Source of the DNA: an uncultured Nitrososphaerota archaeon
Lineage (GTDB): Archaea > Thermoproteota > Nitrososphaeria > Nitrososphaerales > Gagatemarchaeaceae
Reading direction: 5' to 3'
NCBI GenBank assembly: GCA_963703285.1
Contig: OY969807.1
Span: 544,001 to 608,000 of the forward strand
DNA: 64,000 nucleotides
This document shows positions 18,447 through 29,200 of this stretch, piece by piece (the first letter of the stretch is position 1; each line of letters starts with the position of its first letter). The position numbers were made by a program, and so were the translations under genes. A model generated the notes under the pieces. That model was not told the origin of the DNA, searched no databases, and was given only the letters and a program-made list of their open reading frames with translations.

Positions 18447-19652
18447 TTGAGCGAAATGGATCCTGTGCCGACCTCTGAGCCGTCAGGCGGCACCCAAGTC
18501 GCAGATAACCCGTTCAGGCGCATCTGGCTGTTCTCCATGGGGGTGAGCGTGGGGACCGTCGCCACAGTCTTTTGGTACTTCAACTACACGCGAGGACGCG
18601 ACTGGGTCCCGTTGGGATATGATACATACTACTACCTTGGTCACATCAGTCAGGTCGTCTCGTCGGGACCTTTGCAGTTCGCTGCCTCCCAACACTATGT
18701 TGAGTTCCTCTACCCAATCGTTGCCAGCGTCCCGGTCTACCTTGGGGCGTCAGCCGACTCAGTCGAGGTAATCCTCCCTGTGATTCTGGCATGCGCGACC
18801 GTCCTAGCCACTGGCGTCCTAGCGCTGGAGTCGCGGGACTGGAGGGTCGCCATCTTGTCCGTGGCATTCTCGAGTGGCTGGTTCGCCATCTATAGGATGG
18901 GAGCTGATTTCCAAGCGAACCTGTTCGCGTTTCCGCTTCTCATAGTAGCGTCGGCCTTGATTCTCAGGGTGTCTCGCAAAGGGGAGATTTCCGTCCCCGT
19001 CTTCGGAGCGTTTGCACTGCTGGTCGTCCTAGCGGCTGGAACACACATCGAAACGACGGATTTCTTCATTCTTGCTTGGGTGATAGCAATCCCTCTACTG
19101 GGGCTGAAATCGGCGTCTATTCCGAGTAAGTCGAGTCTGCTAATGATCCTGGCGTCAGCGCTGATAGCCTCTCCATTCACGGTGGCCTACATCAAGGAAA
19201 CGGCAGCCGGTCTCGGGAGTCAGTATTGTGTCCTTCCCGCCTACTGGCTGGAGGTCTTCGGACCCACGGCATTGCTTGCCGTATTGGGCATTGGGGTCCT
19301 CGCGTCGGGGCTCCTGACGTCAAGCTCGAGTGGATATCTCGCGAAGCTCGTGATTTCGTGGTCCGCTTTGGCTTTGGCAATCGGAGTCCTTGGTTACCTT
19401 ACTGCCTTCCCGATTTCCATATCCGACAGAGCACTTTTGCTGCTTCCTGTTCCCTTAATCTCCTCATTCGGCACTCTTTGGGTAGTAGACCATGTTCCGT
19501 TGCTTCAGCATTCGTCTCAAACTCGCTTGATCACGATCTTGGCGATAGTGATTCCCATCCTCGCTGCACCGGTTGTAGCGATTTACGTGGCCCCCCATTT
19601 CAGTTACTTCTCGGAACACAGCTCTTCTCTCGTGACGTGTGGTTCGACTTGA
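18447..19652 (+). CDS. Polytopic membrane protein, GT-C-like
   Basis: PLGYDTYYY after TM1; ~11 hydrophobic segments. Confidence 0.65.
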   Translation: MSEMDPVPTSEPSGGTQVADNPFRRIWLFSMGVSVGTVATVFWYFNYTRGRDWVPLGYDTYYYLGHISQVVSSGPLQFAASQHYVEFLYPIVASVPVYLGASADSVEVILPVILACATVLATGVLALESRDWRVAILSVAFSSGWFAIYRMGADFQANLFAFPLLIVASALILRVSRKGEISVPVFGAFALLVVLAAGTHIETTDFFILAWVIAIPLLGLKSASIPSKSSLLMILASALIASPFTVAYIKETAAGLGSQYCVLPAYWLEVFGPTALLAVLGIGVLASGLLTSSSSGYLAKLVISWSALALAIGVLGYLTAFPISISDRALLLLPVPLISSFGTLWVVDHVPLLQHSSQTRLITILAIVIPILAAPVVAIYVAPHFSYFSEHSSSLVTCGST

Positions 19653-19691
19653 CCTTTAAGACCGCGGCGAACGGCACTGGAGGCAGCGGTC

Positions 19692-20621
19692 GTGTTTGAG
19701 TCGTCGAGCTCGTCCGACGGGGGGTATGCAATGCAAAGTGGAATGCGGGTAGCCGTTGTCATTCCTGCCTACAACGAGGCGAAGAACATAGCCTCGGTCA
19801 TAATTTCCGCGCAGAAGCAGGGAGACCAAGTGATAGTCTGCGACGACGGCTCCCAAGACATGACCGTCGAGATTGCGAGGCGACTGGGGGCAATCTTGGT
19901 GGAGCATCGAACCAACAGCGGTTACGGAGCCGCATTGAGGAGCGGGTTTGAAAAGGCAATCCAGATCGGAGCGGACTTCGTCGTTTCCCTGGACGCTGAC
20001 GGACAACATGACCCTTCGGACATCCCCCGTCTGTTAGAGCCGCTGATAGCCGACAAGGCCGATATCGTCATTGCTTCAAGGTTCCTGAACGGTCAATCGG
20101 ACACGCCGGGTTACAGGAAGATTGGAATCGGAGTCATAAACTCCATCGCTCAGAGCAAGAAGATGGGCGTGACAGACAGTCAGTCGGGTTACAGGGCTTA
20201 CACTCGTGAAGCTCTGCTCAGAGTCCTTCCGGCCGAGATGGGCATGGCGGCAAGCACTGAGATTCTGCTGAAAGCGCAGGAGTCAGGCCTTCGGATCCAA
20301 GAGGTTCCGTCGATAATCGCATATAACCAGAGTCCTTCAAAACGCAGCCCGGTGGCGCACGGACTCGACGTGGTGTTCGGTCACATCAAACAGCTAACCT
20401 TCAGACACCCATTGATCCTCTATGGCTTTCCTGGCGCGATTTCCATTTTAGTCGCGCTTGGTTCAGGGCTATACCTCCTGCGGCTGTTCAACGCAGAGCG
20501 ATACTTCAGCGTGCCCCTCGCGCTCCTGACTCTTGGTTTTGGTTTGATTGGCGCTTTGCTGATCACAGTTGCGCTGATAGTATGGACGATGGTCAGCCTA
20601 TTCAGAGAAGGGCAAGGCTGA
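19692..20621 (+). CDS. GT2 polyprenol-phosphate glycosyltransferase (DPM-synthase-like)
   Basis: IPAYNE, DDGSQD, DADGQHDP and DSQSGYRAY motifs; two C-terminal TMs. Confidence 0.92.
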   Translation: MFESSSSSDGGYAMQSGMRVAVVIPAYNEAKNIASVIISAQKQGDQVIVCDDGSQDMTVEIARRLGAILVEHRTNSGYGAALRSGFEKAIQIGADFVVSLDADGQHDPSDIPRLLEPLIADKADIVIASRFLNGQSDTPGYRKIGIGVINSIAQSKKMGVTDSQSGYRAYTREALLRVLPAEMGMAASTEILLKAQESGLRIQEVPSIIAYNQSPSKRSPVAHGLDVVFGHIKQLTFRHPLILYGFPGAISILVALGSGLYLLRLFNAERYFSVPLALLTLGFGLIGALLITVALIVWTMVSLFREGQG

Positions 20622-20777
20622 GCAAACGACATGCGACTTGATTCTGAGTTTCGCGACCCTAACACCGTTCGCTATGGCTTGGGAATTCGCAAGGCTTTTC
20701 CCGAAGGCCGATTTCATTTGCCACCATCGGCTTGGAGCTTCGAGTTGATTCTTCTGGTACGCGCAGGGGCGAGCTGA

Positions 20778-21860
20778 ACGAATATTTCTATTGTATTAGG
20801 CACTCGCCCTGAAATAATCAAGATGGCTCCGATAATGAAAGAAGCGGATTCCCGTCACGTGCCCTACTCGGTGATTCATACAGGCCAGCATTACTCTCCC
20901 GGCATGAGCAATGTCTTCTTCGAGCAGCTAGGCCTGCGCGAGCCCGACTATAACCTGAATATCGGGTCAGGGATGCACGCTGAAGAAATCGGCAGGATGC
21001 TCATCGCCATTGAAGGCATCCTTGCCAAGACAAGGCCAAGCGTCGTTCTCGTGGAAGGTGACACGAATTCGGTTCTTTCGGGGGGGCTTGCAGCGAAAAA
21101 GCTGAATATTCCAGTCGGGCACGTCGAAGCAGGCCTAAGAAGCCATGATTACTCGATGCCCGAAGAAACCAATCGCATTTTAACGGACCACCTGTCCGAC
21201 CTTCTCTTTGCGCCGACACCAATCGCAAGAGACAATTTGACTTCCGAAGGCATTCCCGCTCAACGGGTGTGGGTGACCGGCAACACAATAGTTGATTCTG
21301 TTGCCCAGTGTACGGAGCTGGCAAAACGCGTTGGTCACCTTCCGGAAAGTATTCGTGAAAACGAGTACCTTCTCCTAACCCTTCATCGGCAGGGAAACGT
21401 TGACTCGGAGAAACGACTGAAAATGATTCTTAGAGGGCTAGAGATGGTTCACGAAAAGACAGGGATGATGATTATCTGGCCTATCCATCCGCGAACACAT
21501 AATCGCATAGATAGAAGCCATTTGAGGCCTCCGAGAGGTCTGAGCCTCCTGAGCCCCCAAGACTACTTCTCTTTCCTGCGTCTTCTGATGCGTGCAAGGC
21601 TGGTGTTAACTGACTCTGGCGGAGTGCAAGAGGAGGCATGTATCCTCAAGGTCCCTTGTGTGACTTTGAGGGACAATACCGAGCGACCAGAGACACTCAC
21701 GATCGGTTCGAATGTCCTGGCAGGGAGCAACCCCGAGACAATCGTCGAGAAGACTACGCTTATGCTAGGCAGGACGAGGCGCTGGAAGAATCCCTTCGGA
21801 GACGGCCACGCCAGCGCAAGGATTCTGAACATCATCGGAGGCGCTCCGGTATTTGGCTAG
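20778..21860 (+). CDS. wecB: UDP-N-acetylglucosamine 2-epimerase (non-hydrolysing)
   Basis: GTRPEIIKM (upstream of the ORF-track start), HTGQHY, GDTNS, HVEAGLRS, PEETNR, DSGGVQEEA and TERPE motifs. Confidence 0.93.
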   Translation, partial: TNISIVLGTRPEIIKMAPIMKEADSRHVPYSVIHTGQHYSPGMSNVFFEQLGLREPDYNLNIGSGMHAEEIGRMLIAIEGILAKTRPSVVLVEGDTNSVLSGGLAAKKLNIPVGHVEAGLRSHDYSMPEETNRILTDHLSDLLFAPTPIARDNLTSEGIPAQRVWVTGNTIVDSVAQCTELAKRVGHLPESIRENEYLLLTLHRQGNVDSEKRLKMILRGLEMVHEKTGMMIIWPIHPRTHNRIDRSHLRPPRGLSLLSPQDYFSFLRLLMRARLVLTDSGGVQEEACILKVPCVTLRDNTERPETLTIGSNVLAGSNPETIVEKTTLMLGRTRRWKNPFGDGHASARILNIIGGAPVFG

Positions 21861-22764
21861 AATCCTGGTTACCGGCGGGCTCGGTTTCATAGGGAGCAAC
21901 CTCGTACGTCAGCTCCGGGGTCGGGGGCATGATGTATGGGTGGCTGACCTCAGACACTCTGGCGACCCAAGATCGATACGAACGGACGTATCGGTCTTCA
22001 GGCAAGTCGAAAGACTTCTGGAGGGCCACGACTTCGAATTCGTCTACCATGCTGCTGCCGAATACGGAAGATGGAATGGCGAGGAATACTACGAGAACCT
22101 TTGGAACACCAACGCGGTTGGAACCAAGAACATCCTGAGGATGCAGGAGAAAACACGCTTCAGGATGATTTTTTTTGGCAGCGCGGAGGTTTATGGTGAT
22201 TATAGAGAGGTCATGAACGAAGCGGTGATGGACAGCTCGGAGATAAGGCAGATGAACGACTACGCCATAAGCAAATGGGCCAATGAGATGCAGATCATGA
22301 ATTCAGCGACGATGTTCGGGACGGAATCCGTCAGGGTGAGGTTATTCAACGTATACGGTCCAGGAGAGCGCGTATCTCCTTACAGAGGATTCGTCCCGAA
22401 CTTCATCTCCAACGCCATCAACGATTTGCCATACACGGTTTATCTTGGACACAAGCGGACTCTGGAGTACGTGGATGACATCTGCAGGGCCTTTGCGAAT
22501 ATCCCTGAGCGGTTCAATGCCGGCGTCGTATACAACCTTGGCGGGGATACGCAGTACGAAATCAAAGCCGTCTCGGATCTGATTCTAAGGCAACTGGGCA
22601 AGGACGATTCCAAAGTGCTTTACAAGGACTCCGAGCCTTTCACCACGAAGGTCAAGACGCCCGACTCGACCAAGGCGAAGAGGGAGCTTGGCTTTGAACT
22701 GAAGGTACCTGCAGAGGAAGGAATTGCCAAGACGATTGAATGGTTCAAGGGGTTGTCCGACTAG
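21853..22764 (+). CDS. NAD-dependent epimerase/dehydratase
   Basis: VTGGLGFIG, SAEVYG and YAISK motifs. Confidence 0.9.
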   Translation: MARILVTGGLGFIGSNLVRQLRGRGHDVWVADLRHSGDPRSIRTDVSVFRQVERLLEGHDFEFVYHAAAEYGRWNGEEYYENLWNTNAVGTKNILRMQEKTRFRMIFFGSAEVYGDYREVMNEAVMDSSEIRQMNDYAISKWANEMQIMNSATMFGTESVRVRLFNVYGPGERVSPYRGFVPNFISNAINDLPYTVYLGHKRTLEYVDDICRAFANIPERFNAGVVYNLGGDTQYEIKAVSDLILRQLGKDDSKVLYKDSEPFTTKVKTPDSTKAKRELGFELKVPAEEGIAKTIEWFKGLSD

Positions 22765-22767
22765 CTA

Positions 22768-23775
22768 ATGACCAAGACGTTGAGTTCCCAGGAGGTTCTG
22801 AGGAGGTACAACGGATCTGTGATACTGATCACAGGAGGAGCGGGATGCATAGGGACAAACCTTGCTCGAGCTCTCATCAAGGCACGCCCGGAAAGATTAA
22901 TTGTTCTCGATGACCTCTCGGCCGGGTATCGTTGGAACATTCCCAAGGATTCAAAGTTGACGTTCCTCCAGGGCAGCATCATGGATGACGCGGTCATGAA
23001 GAAGGCGTTCAACTTCAAGCCTGCCTTTGTTTTCCATCTCGCCGCACACTTCGCAAACCAGAACAGCGTCGACCACCCGGAGTCAGACCTCATGGTGAAC
23101 GGGATGGGAACGTTACGCGTCTTGGAGTACTCAAGACTCGCTGACGTGGAGAGGTTCGTTTTCGCTTCCTCAGGATGCTCGGTGTACGGGAACGCTGCAC
23201 CTTTGCCACTCAAGGAGGACTACGTCTCACTGCATCTGGACACTCCTTATCAAGTCAACAAACTACTCGGGGAACTCTATTGCAATTACTTCTCGAATTA
23301 CTACAAGCTACCGGTATCTGTTGCAAGATACTTCAACGTCTACGGGCCGGGTGATGTTCCCGGGCGATACCGTAGCGTGATTCCCAACTTCATCTGGGCT
23401 GCGATTCAAGGCAGGGCGCTTACGGTCATGGGCACGGGCCGAGATACCAGGGATTACACGTTCGTGAGGGACATCGTTGATGGCACGCTCCGCCTAGGCG
23501 TCATAAAGGGCGCTCTTCGAGAAGCCTTCAACCTTGCTTCCGGGACGGAGACGAAGGTGATCGACCTCGCCAGGTTAGTGAACAAAGTCGCCGGGAACAA
23601 GGCCGGGGTCGTATACACGGCCAAGAGGAACTGGGACAAGTCCTCCAGACGCAGAGCTTCCATAGAAAAGGCTGAGAAGGTCCTTGGATATCATCCGCAG
23701 GTGCCCTTTGCTGAGGGGGTAAGAGAAACCTATCAATGGATACTGAGCAACTCGAATCAATTTCCAAGGGTATGA
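22768..23775 (+). CDS. NAD-dependent epimerase/dehydratase
   Basis: TGGAGCIG, YQVNK, RYFNVYGP and TRDYT motifs. Confidence 0.9.
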   Translation: MTKTLSSQEVLRRYNGSVILITGGAGCIGTNLARALIKARPERLIVLDDLSAGYRWNIPKDSKLTFLQGSIMDDAVMKKAFNFKPAFVFHLAAHFANQNSVDHPESDLMVNGMGTLRVLEYSRLADVERFVFASSGCSVYGNAAPLPLKEDYVSLHLDTPYQVNKLLGELYCNYFSNYYKLPVSVARYFNVYGPGDVPGRYRSVIPNFIWAAIQGRALTVMGTGRDTRDYTFVRDIVDGTLRLGVIKGALREAFNLASGTETKVIDLARLVNKVAGNKAGVVYTAKRNWDKSSRRRASIEKAEKVLGYHPQVPFAEGVRETYQWILSNSNQFPRV

Positions 23776-23779
23776 GTAA

Positions 23780-24982
23780 GTGAACGTAGTCATCATCTCG
23801 CTAATCTATCCACCCGACCTGGGGGGCAGCGCGACCAGGGCGAGGAACATCGCTCGCGGTCTCCAGCTCCAGGGAAATCGAGTAACCATCGTAGCAGGAT
23901 TCCCTCATTATCCTGAGGGCCGGGTGCCCCAGACTCTCAGGAGAAAAGCCCTCGTCAGGGAGAATGACGCTGGGATCACTGTGATACGAACCTACGTTCC
24001 GCCTCTGGCATCTAGAGGCCTGATCAACCGGTTGGTGATATTTGCATGTTTCATGCTCTCGTCTCTGTTCGCGCTGACCTACATCCGCCGCGTCGATGGT
24101 GCCTTCGCCTCCAACCCGCAGATACTCGCTGCGTTCCCTGCGAAGGTCTATGGTTGGTTGTTCAGCGCCCCCATGATTCTGAATGTTGATGACCTCTGGC
24201 CTGAGTCCCTTTCCGAACTTGGAATGCTCAGAGGTGGTCTGCTCAAAGGAGTCTCGGGACGATTTGCCAGGTTTGCTTATCGCATCGCCGATGCCATCGC
24301 GCCCATCAGCCCGTCATACGTAGAGCCGATTGTCACGAAGTACGAAGTTCCCAGACCGAAGTTGGAGGTGATCCCCGGGGGTGTCGACGTCGGACTTTTC
24401 CAAGCTAAGCCGGGTCCGAGTCAACGTTCCACGTTCGAGGTTCTCTATATAGGCGCCTTCTCCAGGGCATACGACTTCGGCCAGGTCCTGCGAGCGGCAA
24501 ACGAACTGCGCGGGATCGAGGCGATCAGGTTCCAACTGCGCGGCCAGGGCGAGATGGCTCCGGCCATAAAGAGGGAGATAGAAAGATTGCAGATTCAGAA
24601 CGTCACCCTTACGCAGGGTGTGGTCTCTCGCGCGGAGGCAGCGAGGCTGATGATGAACGCCGACGTGCTGCTTCTGCCTCTGAGTGGTATGGAGAACGTC
24701 GAGAAGGGTATCTCATCGAAACTGTATGAATACCAGGCTGCGGGGAGGCCCATTGTGTGCTGTTCAAATGGCGCCCCTGGGAACTACGTGCGAGAGAGCG
24801 GCTCAGGTCTCGTCGTGCAACCTGGCGACTCAACTGGTCTGGCTACTGCCGTGTTGCGCCTCTGCAGGGATGCTGCACTGGCTTCCGAACTCGGCCGCTC
24901 CGGCCGCGAATTTGTCACGAGCCGCTATTCTGTCGAGAAGGTCGGCGAGATGGCCAACAGTCTGTTTGAGCGTGTGCGCTGA
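23780..24982 (+). CDS. GT4 glycosyltransferase (WbuB-like)
   Basis: YPPDLGG, PHYPEG, DLWPES and SKLYEYQAAGRP motifs. Confidence 0.9.
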   Translation: MNVVIISLIYPPDLGGSATRARNIARGLQLQGNRVTIVAGFPHYPEGRVPQTLRRKALVRENDAGITVIRTYVPPLASRGLINRLVIFACFMLSSLFALTYIRRVDGAFASNPQILAAFPAKVYGWLFSAPMILNVDDLWPESLSELGMLRGGLLKGVSGRFARFAYRIADAIAPISPSYVEPIVTKYEVPRPKLEVIPGGVDVGLFQAKPGPSQRSTFEVLYIGAFSRAYDFGQVLRAANELRGIEAIRFQLRGQGEMAPAIKREIERLQIQNVTLTQGVVSRAEAARLMMNADVLLLPLSGMENVEKGISSKLYEYQAAGRPIVCCSNGAPGNYVRESGSGLVVQPGDSTGLATAVLRLCRDAALASELGRSGREFVTSRYSVEKVGEMANSLFERVR

Positions 24983-25218
24983 TGCGATATGGGAGGCTAG
25001 GCATGAAAAGTCTGATGGTCTCCGAAACCCGCATTGGCGTGTGTGAATTCGGGAACCAGCGACTCGTTCCTGGGTGCGAGCGAGGCGATGAACAAATCGC
25101 CAGGGTTGATTATGCGAATTTTGATAAGGAGGCAGAGTTGTATTCTTGGTAATGATGCGTGGAAGAGTTGGCAAGCTGGAGCTTAGTAAGTATCTCCTAG
25201 GCTGGGCGAGAACCCTTT

Positions 25219-26319
25219 ATGCCTCGGCATCTTAGTATTGTCGTCATTTCACGCAGTTTCGTACCGAACATGGGAGGTGGTGAAATCCAGCTTCATAGTT
25301 TGGCAAAACAATTGACTGAGCTGGGACACAATATCTCGGTTATAACTTCGACACGTGGAGGTAGGCGAGCCTCGTACCACGAAAAGTACAGATTAGTAGA
25401 ACTTCCATCCACGGGTGTGCTCGCGTTGGACATGCTACTGCACGTGACGTTTCTGCTACCTTGCTTGTTAGCTCTTGCTGCGGTCGTCGAGGTTGACGTT
25501 ATCCAGGTAAATTCGCTGGTTTCGCTTTTTCCCTCATCCTTGGTTGGGAAAATCCTTCGGAAGCCGACGATAGTGCACCTTTGGGGGGATCAACAATTAG
25601 GCCTTGTTTCGAGAAACGCAAGAGTGATTAATCTACTGGTCGATCGTGTCATCGTACTGAATCAAAATGCCAGGGGCAGGCTTGCTGCATCAGGGTTCCC
25701 ATCTTCGAAAATCAGATTAATCCCGAACGGTGTAGACATTCCTCCAGCCGGAATAAGGCCCAGCCAACGCGAAGTTGACGTGGCTTGGATTGGTAGATTG
25801 GACCCTATTAAGAGGCCTCAGCTAGCACTCGCTGGCTTCGCCAGAGCAAACTGCAGTCGTAGGAATTTGCGCCTCTTAATTGTAGGTGATGGGCCGCTTC
25901 GAGCAAGATTGGAGAACACTACTGCATCTTTGAGTCTGCAGGGGAATGTTACATTTCTTGGTCAGAAAGAACACAGGGAAATTGCGGCGATTCTAAGCAG
26001 TGCCAGGATTTTGCTAATCACATCTTATTCGGAAGGCCTTTCAAACGTACTTCTCGAAGGAATGGCGTCAGGTTGCGGAGTAGCTTCAACGATTGAAGCG
26101 TCTGGGGGAATCATCCAAGACCTGAGGAATGGTGTTCTATTCGAGGGAACTGAAGAAGGTACCGCGGACGCAATCCTCGCGCTTCTAGACGATGATGATT
26201 TGGTCGACAGTTTGGGATTACATGCTAGAGAGGACATCAAGGCGAATTTCAGCTTTAGCCGCATTGTTGAAACCTATATCCAATTCTACCTCGAGTCGAT
26301 TGAAGATGCAAATCGTTGA
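25219..26319 (+). CDS. GT4 glycosyltransferase
   Basis: GGGE, IPNGVD, GRLDPIK and SEGLSNVLLEGMASG motifs. Confidence 0.9.
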   Translation: MPRHLSIVVISRSFVPNMGGGEIQLHSLAKQLTELGHNISVITSTRGGRRASYHEKYRLVELPSTGVLALDMLLHVTFLLPCLLALAAVVEVDVIQVNSLVSLFPSSLVGKILRKPTIVHLWGDQQLGLVSRNARVINLLVDRVIVLNQNARGRLAASGFPSSKIRLIPNGVDIPPAGIRPSQREVDVAWIGRLDPIKRPQLALAGFARANCSRRNLRLLIVGDGPLRARLENTTASLSLQGNVTFLGQKEHREIAAILSSARILLITSYSEGLSNVLLEGMASGCGVASTIEASGGIIQDLRNGVLFEGTEEGTADAILALLDDDDLVDSLGLHAREDIKANFSFSRIVETYIQFYLESIEDANR

Positions 26320-26684
26320 TTGCCGCTTTAGAGAATGATGCCTCAATGTCTGTGTATACTATTTGCAGAACAATGTGTCTTATGAAGACCGACGGCGCGA
26401 AGAACTATAAATCTGGTGCGGTGTGTGTCGTCAGAATCCACGCGTATTGCGTGACCAGAAATCGCCGAGAGACTTGATGTCTCTCGATTGGTTGCGAGAT
26501 TACTAGAATCGTCCGGGTATGGAATCCACACGCTCGAGCGGGCAGATGGAACTGTCAATCCCGCATCGACAAACGGTTTATCACTACCTTCTGAATCGAC
26601 TCTCTGACTGATGTACTTGGCTCGAAGCATAGAAGATCCTGGAGTGGACCCGCCTGTTTAGATACGTTTCTGGGCTCCCAAGCC

Positions 26685-27520
26685 TCATGGTTTTATCGTC
26701 AGTTGTTCACCTTGGTCTCCGTGGTGACTTTTCCATCCTTCCACCCGTCCAGGTACTCGTAAGGTGTCATGTAGTCCAGTGCTGAATGCATTCTGTTTCT
26801 GTTGTAGTCTACGAACGCCTCTTCGACCGCCACCTCTGCCTCCTGGTGGCCGAGGAACTCCCTCGGACCAGACATACTCGCGCTTCAGCGTCTTGTGAAA
26901 CGACTCGACGAACCCATTCTGCTCGGGCGTGTGGTAGAGGATGTACTCGAGCTTCAGGCCGAGGACGTCCATCGAGTCCTTGAAGGCATGCGAGGTATAC
27001 TGCTGACCATAGTCGCATCCGAGCGTCAGGTCTGACGGCACGGCATCCACGCGAGATGCGAGCGCGTTGTTCACCGACATTATCGCGTGCTCCTTGACCG
27101 CCGACCTCTCGAACGCGTAGCCGAGCCACTCTCTGTGGAAGACATCTACCACGTTGAAGAGGTAGGACCATCTGTCTGAGCTGCCGCACCAGAGATAGGT
27201 CATGTCTGTCTGCCAGAATTCGTAGGGTCTGGATGCCCTGACAATCCTCGAGGCAGACCTGATCACCTGGCTCTTCGTCTTCACTGGCTCGATTCAGTTG
27301 AGTTCGTGGAAGACCTTCTGGACCGTCTTCCTGTTCACCGGGACGTGAAGCTCCCTGGAGAGCTGTGCGGCCATCCTCCTGGTCCCGTAGAACGACCTCT
27401 GTAGCGCAATCTCCTCGACCTTCTGGACGACTGCAGGATTAGGCTCGAATCTACGGGCGACAGGTCTGTAGTAGTACCATGTCCTGGGCGCTCACCTCCT
27501 CTTCTTTCGCTCCTAGTGTC
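26685..27520 (-). mobile_element. IS3-family transposase relic (OrfB with in-frame stop and frameshift; OrfA largely deleted)
   Basis: YGTRRMAA..VNRKTVQKVF, TGA at ~27294, WQTDMTY, TPEQNGFVESFHKTLKRE; tail YNRNRMHSALDYMTP in another frame. Confidence 0.85.
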
Positions 27521-27764
27521 GCCCCAAATCTTATCCTTATCTTCTGCGGTGAATGACGAATCTATCCCTTTGTCTACTACTGTAAAGGTATGGTCGAGGG
27601 TTTGAGGCGGTTCCTCACATCTGCACCTCTAAGCAGACAGGGATGAAGGCCCTACTGACCGTAGTCCTTCGTTAGAAATAACGACTCCTAGCGATTTGAC
27701 TCTAACCAAGGTGTTACAGAGGCATTGTTCCATCATTGTCAGGAACCTTCTTCTGCGGTCTGAT

Positions 27765-28874
27765 TCAATTACAAGCCAGGATTTCCCCCAATATCCTTGT
27801 CAGAGATTCGCCTACTGCTCCCTCGCTGTAGTGATTCTCGATCGTAAGGCGTGCGTTGCGCGCGACTGACTCGAGGAGGTCTTTCTCGAAAAGAAAGATG
27901 TTTACTTTCTTTGGAATATCCTTCTCCTCGAATACAAGCAAGTTATGTCCTGGCGCCGCGTAATCCAGTCCGATAATCCCTCCCGAGGTTGTAATGACTG
28001 GGACACCTGAAGCCATTGCCTCTATTATCTTGTTCTTTGGACCATACGTTGCATGATCGATGGGAACCAGTAGCGCATCGAAGCTAGAAACTAACTCAGC
28101 ATACCTTTCTTCGCCTTTTACGAATCCAATCTGAGTGACCCTTTCTAGGGAAAGGACGAGAGGCGATTCTCCAACTACGATGAATTTGATTCGCTCATCA
28201 AACTCCGAGTAATGTTCCTGGAGGAATTCCAGCGCGTGTAGATTACCCCGCATGAAGAACGACCCAACGACACCCACTGTTTTCGTGGCGGCCTGCCGCT
28301 CCTTCTCTCTCACTCTGAAGAGTTTCGTATCAACGAAAACTGGGAAGAAGTGAATGTTCTTCCCCAACCTATAATAGAAATCGGATGTCCCTTCTGAAAG
28401 GGAGATTACCTCGTCAGCTAGAATCCCGGTCAGTGACTCAGCTATCAAGGAAAGGAATGAGGAAACTGCAGATGTTTGGCGCGCTTCCTTGTGCGCCAAT
28501 GCGTGTGCTTCATACACTAACTTACAGCCTAGTATGCGCGAGAATAGATAACAAAACGGAACCTGGTACAACCCTATGCAATACATTAAATCAGGTCTGA
28601 GCCTCAGCAAGGCAGAAAACATCTTCAACGAAGAAACCGGTTGTTCCAAGAGGTCTAGGTAGGGATTCTGGGAGACGTTGTCATAAACGACAAGCGCTTC
28701 TGCAGGCACCCCGGCAACGCCAGACGCCCTAGCTTCTGGCGAAGTTCTTGTCACCACCGTAACTCGATACTTCGGCCGAAGGAGACGATACACTCGGAGT
28801 GCCCTGACGGTCGTCCCGGTTGTCCTTGACAGGTCAGCGGGCACCACTATCACAATATGTTCTGGATTCATCAA
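27765..28874 (-). CDS. GT4 glycosyltransferase
   Basis: GPKNKIIEAMASGVPVITT motif. Confidence 0.85.
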   Translation of the reverse strand: MMNPEHIVIVVPADLSRTTGTTVRALRVYRLLRPKYRVTVVTRTSPEARASGVAGVPAEALVVYDNVSQNPYLDLLEQPVSSLKMFSALLRLRPDLMYCIGLYQVPFCYLFSRILGCKLVYEAHALAHKEARQTSAVSSFLSLIAESLTGILADEVISLSEGTSDFYYRLGKNIHFFPVFVDTKLFRVREKERQAATKTVGVVGSFFMRGNLHALEFLQEHYSEFDERIKFIVVGESPLVLSLERVTQIGFVKGEERYAELVSSFDALLVPIDHATYGPKNKIIEAMASGVPVITTSGGIIGLDYAAPGHNLLVFEEKDIPKKVNIFLFEKDLLESVARNARLTIENHYSEGAVGESLTRILGEILACN

Positions 28875-29200
28875 CCGTCACTTTCTACTCGGCCCCATAG
28901 TTTACTGTAATCCACGTAGTCGAATTGTTCTTGAGCGGTCTTTCAGTATTGGCTTCAATCCTTCTCAAGCTAGCGAGGTCCTCGATACTACACTCTTAAA
29001 CACGCATCGGCCTGATATTTGGGCATGGCGATTGGAACATCGGGTCCAAGATTGTCGATATGATGACAGAACAGCAGACTACAGCAAGGGTGATAGAAGG
29101 AATGGCTTCGGTTGATGAGGCTAAGCCTGACTCCACGAAGTTAGTTCCCCTTCGCCCTCTGATAACCAAGCCAAGCTCGTGACATGGCGCTAGAATCAAC

